64,000 nt of DNA from an uncultured Gemmatimonadales bacterium (GTDB taxonomy: Bacteria > Gemmatimonadota > Gemmatimonadetes > Gemmatimonadales > GWC2-71-9). Made by a program: the position numbers and the translations under genes. The stretch's first letter is position 1; every line of letters begins with the position of its first letter. The stretch lies in assembly GCA_963842945.1 (NCBI GenBank), contig CAWJIM010000019.1, forward strand, positions 544,001 to 608,000, written 5' to 3'. Shown piece after piece: positions 55,216 to 64,000 of this stretch. Under the pieces are notes generated by a model. That model saw only the letters and a list, made by a program, of their open reading frames with translations, did no database searches and had not been told where the DNA came from.

Positions 55216-56382
55216 ATGACCCGGATTCTCCCCGACGACGACCAGCATGGCTTCGCGACCCGCGCGGTGCACGCCGGGCAGGTGGTCGAGCCCCTGGCCG
55301 GCGCGGTGATGACGCCCATCTACCAGACCTCCACCTACGTGCAGGAGGGACTCGGCCGCCACCGCGGCTACGAGTACGCGCGGACCCAGAACCCCACCCG
55401 CGAGGCCCTCGAGCGCAACGTGGCCAGCCTCGAGGATGGGCGGCACGGCTTCGCCTTCGGCTCCGGGCTGGCCTCGCTGGACGCGGTGCTGAAGCTCCTT
55501 CGCGCGGGCGACCACGTCGTCTGCGGCGACAACGTCTACGGCGGCACCCAGCGGCTGATGGAGCAGATCTACGCCGGACTCGGGCTGACGTTCACCTTCG
55601 TGGACATGCGCGAGGTGGCCAACGTCGAGCGTGCCCTCACGCCCGCGACCCGCGTGGTGTACTGCGAGACGCCCACCAACCCGATGATGAACCTGGTGGA
55701 CCTCGCCGCGCTCGGCGACCTGACCCAGGCGCACGGCTACCTCTTCGTGGTGGACAACACCTTCGCCACACCGTTCTTCCAGCGTCCGTTGGAGTACGGC
55801 GCGGACATCGTGCTCCACTCCACCACCAAGTATCTCAACGGTCATAGCGACATGGTGGGCGGCCTGCTGGTGACGTCGCGCGACGACCTCGCGGAGCGTC
55901 TCGGTTTCATCCAGAACGCCGCCGGCGCGGTGCCGGGGCCGATGGACTGCTGGCTGGCGCTGCGCGGTATCAAGACCCTGCCCCTCCGCATGCGTCAGCA
56001 CGACGCCAACGGCCGTCGGATCGCGGAGTGGCTCGCCACGCGGAAGGACGTTCCCAAGGTCTACTACCCCGGACTCCCCTCGCATCCGCAGCACGAGCTC
56101 GCCTGCCGGCAGATGGGCGGCTTCGGCGGAATGATCTCGATCGAGCTCGGCGATCCGGCACGCGCCCGCCGGGTGGTCGAGCGGACGAAGGTCTTCGCCC
56201 TCGCCGAGTCGCTGGGGGGCGTGGAGAGCCTGATCGGCCATCCGGCGACCATGACCCACGCCGCGGTCCCGGTCGCCATGCGGCAGGCGATGGGGCTCTC
56301 CGACAGCCTGGTCCGGCTGAGCTGCGGCATCGAGGACGCGGAAGACCTGATCGCGGACCTGGACCAGGCGCTGGCGGGGTAG
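55216..56382 (+). CDS. Cystathionine gamma-synthase/gamma-lyase family PLP enzyme
   Basis: PIYQTSTY, YARTQNPT, ETPTNP, VDNTF, HSTTKYLNGHSD and AESLGGVES motifs. Confidence 0.93.
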   Translation: MTRILPDDDQHGFATRAVHAGQVVEPLAGAVMTPIYQTSTYVQEGLGRHRGYEYARTQNPTREALERNVASLEDGRHGFAFGSGLASLDAVLKLLRAGDHVVCGDNVYGGTQRLMEQIYAGLGLTFTFVDMREVANVERALTPATRVVYCETPTNPMMNLVDLAALGDLTQAHGYLFVVDNTFATPFFQRPLEYGADIVLHSTTKYLNGHSDMVGGLLVTSRDDLAERLGFIQNAAGAVPGPMDCWLALRGIKTLPLRMRQHDANGRRIAEWLATRKDVPKVYYPGLPSHPQHELACRQMGGFGGMISIELGDPARARRVVERTKVFALAESLGGVESLIGHPATMTHAAVPVAMRQAMGLSDSLVRLSCGIEDAEDLIADLDQALAG

Positions 56383-56390
56383 GGCACAAG

Positions 56391-56459
56391 CTGTCACCCT
56401 GAACGAAGTGAAGGGGGCCATGCCGGCTATCGGCCCCTTCGCTCCACTCAGGGTGACAG
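56391..56459. repeat. REP-like palindrome (TGTCACCCTGA family)
   Basis: CTGTCACCCTGAACGAAGTGAAGGGG...CCCCTTCGCTCCACTCAGGGTGACAG. Confidence 0.88.
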
Positions 56460-56523
56460 GTTCCAACTTGAAACATGCGGGCCGAAGTCCCGTAAATGCA
56501 GCATCCCCAACCCCGAGCGACCC

Positions 56524-57537
56524 ATGACGTCCCTCCCAGCTCCCCGTTCCCGCCGCACCTTCCCGGAGATCTCCGCGGTCTCCTGGGAGCACCCGGCCGA
56601 TCGCGCCGCCCTCCAGGCGCTCCGCGCCGTGCCCGGGGTGGACGAGGTGATCCGCAAGGTCCTCGCGCTGCTCGGCGGCGAGCGCGGCGTGCGGCTCCTC
56701 TTCCAGGGCAACGCGATCCGGATTGGGCCGACGCAGTTCCCCCGGCTCTGGCACCTCCACACCGAGGTCACCACCACGTTCGACTGGCCCGACGTGCCCG
56801 AGGTGTACGTCTCCCAGACGCCCTTCTTCAACGCCGGCGCCTACGGGCTCGACAAGCCGTTCATCGTCGTCCATTCGGCGGCGATCGAGCTGCTCGACGA
56901 CGACGAGCTGCGGGTCCTCATGGCCCACGAGCTGGGCCACGTGATGAGCGGTCACGCGCTCTACCGCACCATCGCCGCCGTGCTCGCACTGATCAGTCTC
57001 GGCGCGCTGCCGATGCTCGCGAGTCTCGTCGTGCTCCCGGTCCGGCTGGCGTTTCTCGAGTGGTCCCGCAAGTCCGAGCTCTCGGCCGACCGCGCCGGGC
57101 TCCTCGGCGGGCAGGACGTGGCGGTCGCGCAGCGGGTGGACATGAAGATGGCCGGCGGCGGCCGGGGCGAGGCGTTCGCGGGACAGCTCAACGTGGAAGC
57201 CTTCATGCAGCAGGCCCACGAGTACGCGGCGAGCGGCGAGGGGCTGGACGTGGTGTACAAGGTGCTGAGCACGCTCGCGCTCACCCATCCGATGCACACC
57301 GTGCGCGCCGCCGAGCTCCAGCGATGGGTTGCTTCGGGCGACTACGATCGCATCCTCCGCGGCGAGTACGTGCGCCGGGGCCCGGAGACCGCCCAGCGTC
57401 CGATAGCCGACGACTTCGCCGCCGCCAGCGACTACTACTCGGCCGAGGCCCGGGCAGTAGCCAACCAGGTGGCGGAGGCCGCGCGGCGGGCGGCGGAGCG
57501 GGCGCGCGACGCCTTCCGGAAGGCGCAGAAGTCGTGA
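56524..57537 (+). CDS. M48-family zinc metallopeptidase
   Basis: NAGAYG, AHELGH, ELSADRAG and THP motifs. Confidence 0.9.
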   Translation: MTSLPAPRSRRTFPEISAVSWEHPADRAALQALRAVPGVDEVIRKVLALLGGERGVRLLFQGNAIRIGPTQFPRLWHLHTEVTTTFDWPDVPEVYVSQTPFFNAGAYGLDKPFIVVHSAAIELLDDDELRVLMAHELGHVMSGHALYRTIAAVLALISLGALPMLASLVVLPVRLAFLEWSRKSELSADRAGLLGGQDVAVAQRVDMKMAGGGRGEAFAGQLNVEAFMQQAHEYAASGEGLDVVYKVLSTLALTHPMHTVRAAELQRWVASGDYDRILRGEYVRRGPETAQRPIADDFAAASDYYSAEARAVANQVAEAARRAAERARDAFRKAQKS

Positions 57538-58823
57538 GGCTGCTGGTCGTCGGCTCGGGCGGGCGGGAGCACGCGCTCTGCTGGACACTCCGGCGCGAAG
57601 ACCCGGGCGCGGACCTCTACTGTGCGCCGGGCAATCCCGGTACCGCGGAGCTCGCCACCAACCTCTCCATTCCCGCCGACGATCTGGACCGACTCGCCGA
57701 CGCGGCCGACATGCACGGCATCGATCTCACCGTCATCGGTCCCGAAGTGCCGCTCGCGCGCGGCCTCGCCGACCGGCTTCGGGCCGAGGGTCGCGCGGTC
57801 TTCGGACCCGGCGCCGCCGCGGCACAGATCGAGGCGTCGAAGGCGTTCGCCAAGGAAGTGATGGCCGCCGCGGGTATCCCTACCGCATCGAGCCGCACCT
57901 TCGACGAGCTCGGGGCGGCCATGGCCTACGTGGCGGATCATCCCGAGCCCCTCGTGGTGAAGGCGTCGGGCCTGGCCGCCGGGAAGGGTGCGGTAGTCTG
58001 CGAGACACGAGCGGAGGCCGCGTCCACGCTGCAGGCGATGCTCGGCGACGGCAGGTTCGGAGACGCGGGCCGCACCGTGGTCGTGGAGTCATTCCTGCGG
58101 GGCGAGGAAGTGTCCGTCCTCGCGATCACCGACGGGACCGAAGTCGAGCTCCTGCCGGCCTCCCAGGACCACAAGCGGCTGCTCGAGGGAGACGCCGGGC
58201 CCAACACCGGCGGGATGGGTGCGTACAGTCCGGTGTCGGTGGCTACCGCGGACTTGCTGGAGCGCACGCGAGCCGAGGTGCTCCTTCCCGCCCTGGGCGA
58301 GCTGCGTCGCCGGGGCGCGCCGTTCACCGGCGTGCTGTACGCCGGTCTGATGGTGGACGACGAGGGCGCGCCGTGGGTCGTGGAGTTCAACTGCCGGCTG
58401 GGCGACCCGGAGACGCAGGTCGTCCTGCCATTGGTTGCCGGCGGGCTCACGCGCTCGTTGTGGGCGGTGGCGCGAGGCGAGGCGCCGACGCCGCTGGACC
58501 TTCTGCCCGGCGCGGCCTCGGTGACCACGGTGCTCGCCAGCCGCGGCTACCCCGATGCGCCCGCGAAGGGCGCGGCCATCACCCTGCCCCGCCAGCTTCC
58601 TGAGGGCGTCACGATCTTCCACGCGGGAACGGCCCGCGGCGCGGACGGCGTGCTCCGGGTGCACGGGGGTCGGGTGCTGAATGTGACCGCCGTCGCCTCC
58701 AGCTTCGCCGAGGCGCAGCGGCTCAGCCGTGAGACGGCGGAGGCGATCCGGTACGAGGGCAAGATCTACCGCCGCGACATCGGCTGGCGCGAGGCGGCGA
58801 GGCTCGCCGGAGTTCCCCGCTAG
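57534..58823 (+). CDS. purD: Phosphoribosylamine--glycine ligase
   Basis: GSGGREHAL, APGNPG, GPEVPL, KASGLAAGKG, QDHKRL, NTGGMGAY and EFNCRLGDPETQ motifs. Confidence 0.97.
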   Translation: MRLLVVGSGGREHALCWTLRREDPGADLYCAPGNPGTAELATNLSIPADDLDRLADAADMHGIDLTVIGPEVPLARGLADRLRAEGRAVFGPGAAAAQIEASKAFAKEVMAAAGIPTASSRTFDELGAAMAYVADHPEPLVVKASGLAAGKGAVVCETRAEAASTLQAMLGDGRFGDAGRTVVVESFLRGEEVSVLAITDGTEVELLPASQDHKRLLEGDAGPNTGGMGAYSPVSVATADLLERTRAEVLLPALGELRRRGAPFTGVLYAGLMVDDEGAPWVVEFNCRLGDPETQVVLPLVAGGLTRSLWAVARGEAPTPLDLLPGAASVTTVLASRGYPDAPAKGAAITLPRQLPEGVTIFHAGTARGADGVLRVHGGRVLNVTAVASSFAEAQRLSRETAEAIRYEGKIYRRDIGWREAARLAGVPR

Positions 58824-58853
58824 GGCGCACCGGCCGTTTACATTCCGGGCGCA

Positions 58854-59678
58854 ATGCCCGAGCTCCCCGAAGTCGAAACCATCGTCCGCGACATCCGCCC
58901 CGCCCTGCTCGGCCGCCGCTTCGACCACGTCTCTCTGAGCCACGAGGACGTGCTGCGCGGCGTCACCCGGCGCCGTCTGGTGCGCGGGCTCACCGGGGCG
59001 ACCGTGCACGAAGTGTCCCGGCGCGCCAAGCACGCGGTGCTCGACCTCGGCACGAAGCGGCTCGTGGTGCAGCCGGGAATGACGGGTTCGCTCGTCGTAC
59101 ACCCTCGCCCACTGGCCGGCGACGATCGTCGGTATGCCGTCCTGCGCGCGCAGCTCGACGACGGTCGCGAGCTGGTGTATCGCGACGTCCGCCGGCTGGG
59201 CACGCTGCTCCTCCTCGACGCTCGCGGGTGGGAGCGCTACGACCGCGCGATCGGCCCCGAGCCGCTCGACCCCGGCTTCACCCCCGAGCGCCTGGGTACG
59301 GCCCTGGGCCGCTCACGCCAGGCGGTGAAGAAGGTGATCATGGATCAGAAGCACCTGGCCGGCGTCGGGAACATCTACGCCAACGAGGCGCTCTACGCGG
59401 CAGGGATCGACCCCTCCAAGGCGGCGCGCAAGCTCACGCCGGAGGATCACCGCCGGCTGCATGCGGAGATCCGGCGCATCCTTCAGGCGGCGATCCGCTC
59501 CAACGGTACCACGGTGCGCGACTATCGCACCGGCACCGGCGAGGAGGGGAACTTTCAGCTCGAGCTCCTGGCCTATGGCCGCGAGGGTGAGCCCTGTCGC
59601 CGGTGCGGCACCCGGCTCACGGGCACGCACACCATCGACGCCCGCATCACCGTCTTCTGCCATCGCTGTCAATCGTGA
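58854..59678 (+). CDS. mutM: Formamidopyrimidine-DNA glycosylase
   Basis: MPELPEVET, GMTG, GVGNIYANE and C-terminal CxxC...CxxCQ zinc finger. Confidence 0.96.
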   Translation: MPELPEVETIVRDIRPALLGRRFDHVSLSHEDVLRGVTRRRLVRGLTGATVHEVSRRAKHAVLDLGTKRLVVQPGMTGSLVVHPRPLAGDDRRYAVLRAQLDDGRELVYRDVRRLGTLLLLDARGWERYDRAIGPEPLDPGFTPERLGTALGRSRQAVKKVIMDQKHLAGVGNIYANEALYAAGIDPSKAARKLTPEDHRRLHAEIRRILQAAIRSNGTTVRDYRTGTGEEGNFQLELLAYGREGEPCRRCGTRLTGTHTIDARITVFCHRCQS

Positions 59679-60780
59679 GCCCACGCCGTCTTCGAAGACC
59701 CGCGCCCACCCCGGTCACCGACCTCCAGGCTCTCCGCCGCCGCTTGGGCGAGCGGGTCGAGAACCGCCCCGCGGTCTACCGGATGCTCGATCCCGAGGGC
59801 CGGATCATCTACGTCGGCAAGGCCAAGCGGCTTCGCACCAGGCTGCTCACCTACTTCCGCGCCGTCTATCCGGACGACAAGGCGGCGCGGATTCTGTATG
59901 CCACCCATGACATCGCCTGGGACTACACGCCCAGCGAGTTCTCCGCCTATCTCGGCGAGCTGCGGGCCATCAAGCGGTATCGGCCTCAGTTCAATTACCG
60001 CGGCAACCTGACCCGCCGGGCCGTGTTCATCAAAGTCTCCCGCGGGCCCGCGCCACGGGTCTCCGCCGGCGAGACCATCGGCCGTGACGACGCCCGGTGC
60101 TACGGACCCTTCCGTTCGCTGGCTCGCACCGGCGAGGCGGTACGGACCCTGAACGACCTGTTGGGTCTCCGCGACTGCGCGGCAACCACGCCGATGCTGT
60201 TCAGCGGCCAAGGCGACCTCTTCGGCTCGACCCGCCAGGCCGGGTGCATGCGCCATGAGTTCGGGTTCTGTACCGGGCCGTGCGCGGGATTCGTGGCGGA
60301 GCTGGAGTACCATCGCAGGCTGGAGACCGCGCTCGCGTTCCTGGAGGGGCGTACCATCCAGCCGATTGACCGGGTGGTGAGCGCGATGCAGGAGGCGTCC
60401 CTCACCGACCGTTTCGAGGTGGCGGCGCGCTGGCGGGAGAAGTTCGAGCACCTGGAGTGGCTGCTCGCCGCCACCAGTCGGGCGCGCACGGCGGTGGACA
60501 TGCTGACGTTCGTCTATCGCGATCCAGGCACCTATGGCGACGACAGGATCTACCTCGTTCGCCAGGGCGTGGTCCGAGCGTCCTTTCCCGATCCCACCAC
60601 GCCTATCGAAATGGAGGCTTTCCGCGCGGTGGTCGCGGCGGAGACGGCCCGTCCCGACCCGCAGCCCGGGCCGCTCCCGCTCGAATCGGTGGACGAGATC
60701 CTCCTGCTCATGTCATGGTTCCGCGCCCACCCCGATGCGCTCCGCCACACCGCACCGCTCGCTGATTGGCTGCCGGACCA
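59675..60780 (+). CDS. UvrC/Cho-like GIY-YIG nuclease with UVR domain (no stop before the next gene)
   Basis: PAVYRM...IYVGKAKRLRTRL, YGPF, LRDC...C...CTGPC and MQEAS...FEVAARWR. End approximate. Confidence 0.8.
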
Positions 60781-60846
60781 ATCGTCCTCGGGAGGGGACA
60801 CCTCCGAGGCCGGCGACGACGGCCATGCTCGCTTCAAAAGACCTTC

Positions 60847-60889
60847 TCACAACGATTTAGATAACTGCAGGACCTGGCACCCTGCGTGC
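60847..60889 (+). promoter_or_regulatory. Putative sigma54 promoter with upstream IHF-like site
   Basis: TGGCAC-N5-GTGC at 60875-60889. CACAACGATTTAG about 15 bp upstream. Confidence 0.55.
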
Positions 60890-60940
60890 CTGCCTCCACC
60901 TGGTCCGTCGGCGCCACCCCGGCGTCGGCGCGAGAAACAC

Positions 60941-61567
60941 ATGGAGGCGATCATGATTCGACTGCTCTGTGCCGGCGCCGTCGCCGGCCTCCTTCTCGCC
61001 GCGCCGCTCGAGGCACAGAGCGGCCGGCCAGGCTCGTTCGGTATCACTCCCTATGCTGGCTACATGAGGTTCGGCACCCTGGTGGACGGTCCGCTCGGCA
61101 CCAGCGTGCGGGGCGCAGGGAGCCCCGTCTACGGCGCCGAGGCGACTCTTGGTATCACGCCCGGACTGGCGCTGGTCGGCAACGTGGCCTACGCCAGCTC
61201 GGACCTCGAGGTCGGCGTGCCTGTAGTAGGCGGTCTCTCGCTCGGCAAGAGCTCCGCGCTGCTCTATGACGCCGCGCTCCGGCTCAGCGTGCCGGTCTCT
61301 GCCGGTGGGATCCGGCCGTTCGTGCAGGGCGGCGCCGGTGCGATGCGACAGGAGGTGGATGTCGCCGGCGTCGGAACCCACTCCACCAACTTCGCCTACA
61401 ACCTTGGCGCCGGCGTCGAGGTGCCCGTCGGTTCGCGGCTCGGACTGCAGCTGATGGCGAAGGACTACATCGGAAAGTTCGATGCCCGGGAGGCGACGTC
61501 GGTGAACGTGAACACCGAGACGGCGCACAACTGGACGTTGAGCGCGGGGGTGAGGCTGGGACTCTAG
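60941..61567 (+). CDS. Outer-membrane beta-barrel protein
   Basis: Signal peptide ending LEAQ. ITPYAGY, RPFVQGGAG, FAYNLGAG and terminal AGVRLGL. True start may be ATG 60953. Confidence 0.8.
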   Translation: MEAIMIRLLCAGAVAGLLLAAPLEAQSGRPGSFGITPYAGYMRFGTLVDGPLGTSVRGAGSPVYGAEATLGITPGLALVGNVAYASSDLEVGVPVVGGLSLGKSSALLYDAALRLSVPVSAGGIRPFVQGGAGAMRQEVDVAGVGTHSTNFAYNLGAGVEVPVGSRLGLQLMAKDYIGKFDAREATSVNVNTETAHNWTLSAGVRLGL

Positions 61568-61575
61568 GATAGCGA

Positions 61576-61642
61576 TGTCACCCTGAACGAAGTGAAGGGG
61601 ACCATGCTCGATATGGCCCCCTTCGCTGCGCTCAGGGTGACA
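61576..61642. repeat. REP-like palindrome (TGTCACCCTGA family)
   Basis: TGTCACCCTGAACGAAGTGAAGGGG...CCCCTTCGCTGCGCTCAGGGTGACA, between convergent genes. Confidence 0.88.
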
Positions 61643-61649
61643 ATGTCGC

Positions 61650-62141
61650 TCACTCCTCGTCGAACGGCGCCAGCGGCACCAGCCGGCCGCGAGGCGGAAT
61701 GCCCGGCTCCAGCTCCAGAATCCCCACCGACGGCGGCAGCCGGAAGCGCCTTGGTCCCGCCCCGCCGGGGTTCATCACCGTCACCACTTCGTCCACCAGC
61801 GTCAGCACCGGCCGGTGGGTGTGCCCGAAGACGATGATCTCCGCCCGTGGAAAGGCCGCCTGCACCTTCTCCGGGGTCGGGACCCCGAACTGGTCGCCGT
61901 GAGTGACGACGACTTCGAACCCGTCGAGCTCGACGGTCGCCACCTGCGGCAGCTGCGAGCGGATGTCCCAGCCGTCGGTGTTGCCGTAGACGGCCGTGAC
62001 CGGCGCGATCGCGCCGAGCTCGGTGAGAATGTCCGGCGGCCCCACGTCCCCGCCATGAAGGATGTGGTCCACCTCGCGAAACACCTCGAAGACCTCGGGC
62101 CGGAGCAGACCGTGGGTATCGGAAATCACGCCGAGTCGCAT
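61650..62141 (-). CDS. YfcE-like metallophosphoesterase
   Basis: ISDTHG, HGGDVG, GNTD, THG, GHTH and NPG motifs. Confidence 0.9.
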   Translation of the reverse strand: MRLGVISDTHGLLRPEVFEVFREVDHILHGGDVGPPDILTELGAIAPVTAVYGNTDGWDIRSQLPQVATVELDGFEVVVTHGDQFGVPTPEKVQAAFPRAEIIVFGHTHRPVLTLVDEVVTVMNPGGAGPRRFRLPPSVGILELEPGIPPRGRLVPLAPFDEE

Positions 62142-62144
62142 GCG

Positions 62145-63282
62145 CTACTGCGGCAGCTCGCCGAAGGCGGCGAGGATCTCGGTCGAGGTGAAGGCACAGT
62201 GGCCGAATCGCTCGACGTCCCGCCGTGCGACCCGGCCGTCGGCCCCTGCCGCGATCGCCTTCGCTTCGTAGAGCGGCTGATGGAAGAAGGGCACGATCGG
62301 ATCGCCGGTCGTGTGGAGCAGCGAGAGCGGCACCCCGGGATCGCCGGTCGTCTCGAAGCGCTGGAGCGCGGCTCGCGCGGGCGGATCCGCGGAGATGCGC
62401 TCGACGCCGGCGTTCAACGCCTCGTCGTCCTGCGAGCCCGCGTACACGCGATCGGCATTGTCGTACGGCTGGCCACCCAGCCGCGCTTGCGCGTCGGCAC
62501 TGCCGAGGACGTTGTATCGCAGCAAGCCGACGACGGTCTCCGCGAGCGTCGCGTCGTCGACCCCTTCGGCGGGGATGCCCGTGACGGCCGCGAGCTCCGC
62601 ACCGCGCTCGGGGTCGGCTTGAATCGCCGCGGCGACGGCCGGCGCGTAGGTGGAAGTCCAGCCCTCCACCAACTCGGCGGGCGGATCGCTCGCACTCCCG
62701 GGGAGGACTCCGGAGAAGAGGTGGTCGAACACCACGCGGACGTCGTTGAGGTAATCGATCTGGCGCGCGAAGTCGCCGATGGGACCGCACGCCGCGAGCG
62801 CGCCGGTGAAGCGCTCGGGCTCCCGCTCGACCGTCAGCGTCGCGACGAGGCCGCCCTCCGAGACTCCGACGATGTACACCCGGGCGGGGTCGGGCCGCAC
62901 GGTCCGTCGCACCAGGTCCACCAGCTCGAGCACGTCGTCCACCGCTGCGTCGGCCACCAGGCCGTTGGCACGGTAGCTCGTCGCGGCGTAGGCATAGCCC
63001 AGGGCATTGATCAGGTCTTCCACCGGTGCGCCGCCGAGCTCGTTCTCGGGCACGGCGAGCGGTGCCTGGGGCTCGACGTAGCCATGCGCGTAGACGATCA
63101 GGTCACCGTTCCAGTCCGCGGGGAAGCACACCCGGGTGAGCGCGCCTTCCGCGCGTGCCGTCGGTGCAGCCGACCACCGGCGGCTCGCCCTCGTCCACCG
63201 GGGACTGTCCGTCGTCGCCGTCGCCGCATCCCGCGAGCGCGACCGCGGCCACCACCGCCGCCCACCCGACGCGCCTCGTCAC
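62145..63282 (-). CDS. Alpha/beta-hydrolase-fold lipoprotein (frameshift near 63150)
   Basis: LAGC lipobox from GTG 63282. WNGDLIVYAHGY, GVSEGG, DPIVP and GHC motifs. Confidence 0.75.
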
Positions 63283-63878
63283 CGGGGGACGTCGCCGGTC
63301 CAGCGGCGCGCGATCTCGATCTCCAGCTCGAGCTGATCGAGCACCCGCTGCACGATGAAGTCCACCAGCTCGCCGACGCTCGACGGGCGGTGATAGAAGC
63401 CCGGCGCCGCCGGGATGACCACCGCGCCGGCTTCGGTCACCGTCACCAGGTTCCTGAGGTGGACCAGCGAGAGCGGCGTCTCCCTCGGCACGAGGACCAG
63501 CTTGCGCCGCTCCTTCAGCGTCACGTCCGCGGCCCGCTCCACCAACGAGCGCGAGGTGCCGGCGGCGACCGCCGCGACGGTGCCCATGGAGCAGGGACAG
63601 ATCACCATGCCCCGGGTCTGTTGCGAGCCGGAGGCGGGAAGCGCCCCGCGATCACCGTCGGAGAACGGCACCACCGAAGACCAGTCTCCGCCGGTGGCCT
63701 CCCGGAGCGTCTCCAGCGAGCCGATGCCGCATTCGGCATCGAGCAGGCGCATCCCGTGGGACGAGACGATCAGCCAGACCGGCACCCGGTGCCGCGCCAG
63801 CACTTCGAGCAGCCGCACGCCGTACGGCGCGCCGGAAGCGCCGGTGATCGCGAGGACGACGGGGCGCGCCGCGCTCAC
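63279..63878 (-). CDS. ubiX: Flavin prenyltransferase
   Basis: ITGASGA, ASGS, PCSMGT, RAADVTLKE, PRETP and PGFY motifs. Confidence 0.95.
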   Translation of the reverse strand: MSAARPVVLAITGASGAPYGVRLLEVLARHRVPVWLIVSSHGMRLLDAECGIGSLETLREATGGDWSSVVPFSDGDRGALPASGSQQTRGMVICPCSMGTVAAVAAGTSRSLVERAADVTLKERRKLVLVPRETPLSLVHLRNLVTVTEAGAVVIPAAPGFYHRPSSVGELVDFIVQRVLDQLELEIEIARRWTGDVPR

Positions 63879-63882
63879 CGGG

Positions 63883-64000
63883 TCAGCGCACCAGGCGGTC
63901 GAGCAGGGCGAACCCGAACACCGTGACGCTCATGATGCCGTTCATGGTGAAGAATGCCGCGTCGAGCCGCGAGAGGTCGCCCGGACGCACCAGGCTGTGC
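63883..64000 (-). CDS. mqnP: UbiA-family prenyltransferase, C-terminal end only (MqnP-like)
   Basis: HSLVRPGDLSRLDAAFFTMNGIMS...DRLVR*, directly upstream of ubiX as in futalosine-pathway clusters. Confidence 0.7.
   Translation of the reverse strand, partial: HSLVRPGDLSRLDAAFFTMNGIMSVTVFGFALLDRLVR

Overview
High-GC bacterial chromosomal window (about 70% by eye). It is most likely Gemmatimonadota, inferred from the expanded 'DRYxxERELGRGGMATVYLA' Ser/Thr kinase family and overall gene content. The left part (about 2.8-15 kb, after tRNA-Phe) is an accessory island. It holds Ser/Thr kinases, kinase remnants, a PP2C phosphatase and three identical 48-bp copies of a tRNA-Leu 3' half. These copies delimit two small, integrase-free, single-gene cassettes with similar ends, which is the most interesting structure here. 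From 15 to 27 kb are accessory genes: DoxX-like protein, methyltransferase, ECF sigma/anti-sigma/Kelch lipoprotein, HTH regulator with DUF4142, GT39-like glycosyltransferase and DJ-1. From 27 to 64 kb is mostly core: tig-clpP-clpX-engB, hisC-B-H-NUDIX-F, a PilB/GspE-REC ATPase, trpE, an FHA-GAF cyclase, maf, dtd, glmS-glmM, a cystathionine lyase/synthase, purD, mutM, a UvrC-like nuclease, ubiX and mqnP. Other features are a family of REP-like palindromes, a degenerate duplication of the glmS 3' end, and several apparently leaderless promoters. Many genes carry single-base frameshifts, probably long-read consensus errors. All calls come from motif recognition by eye; no searches were run.
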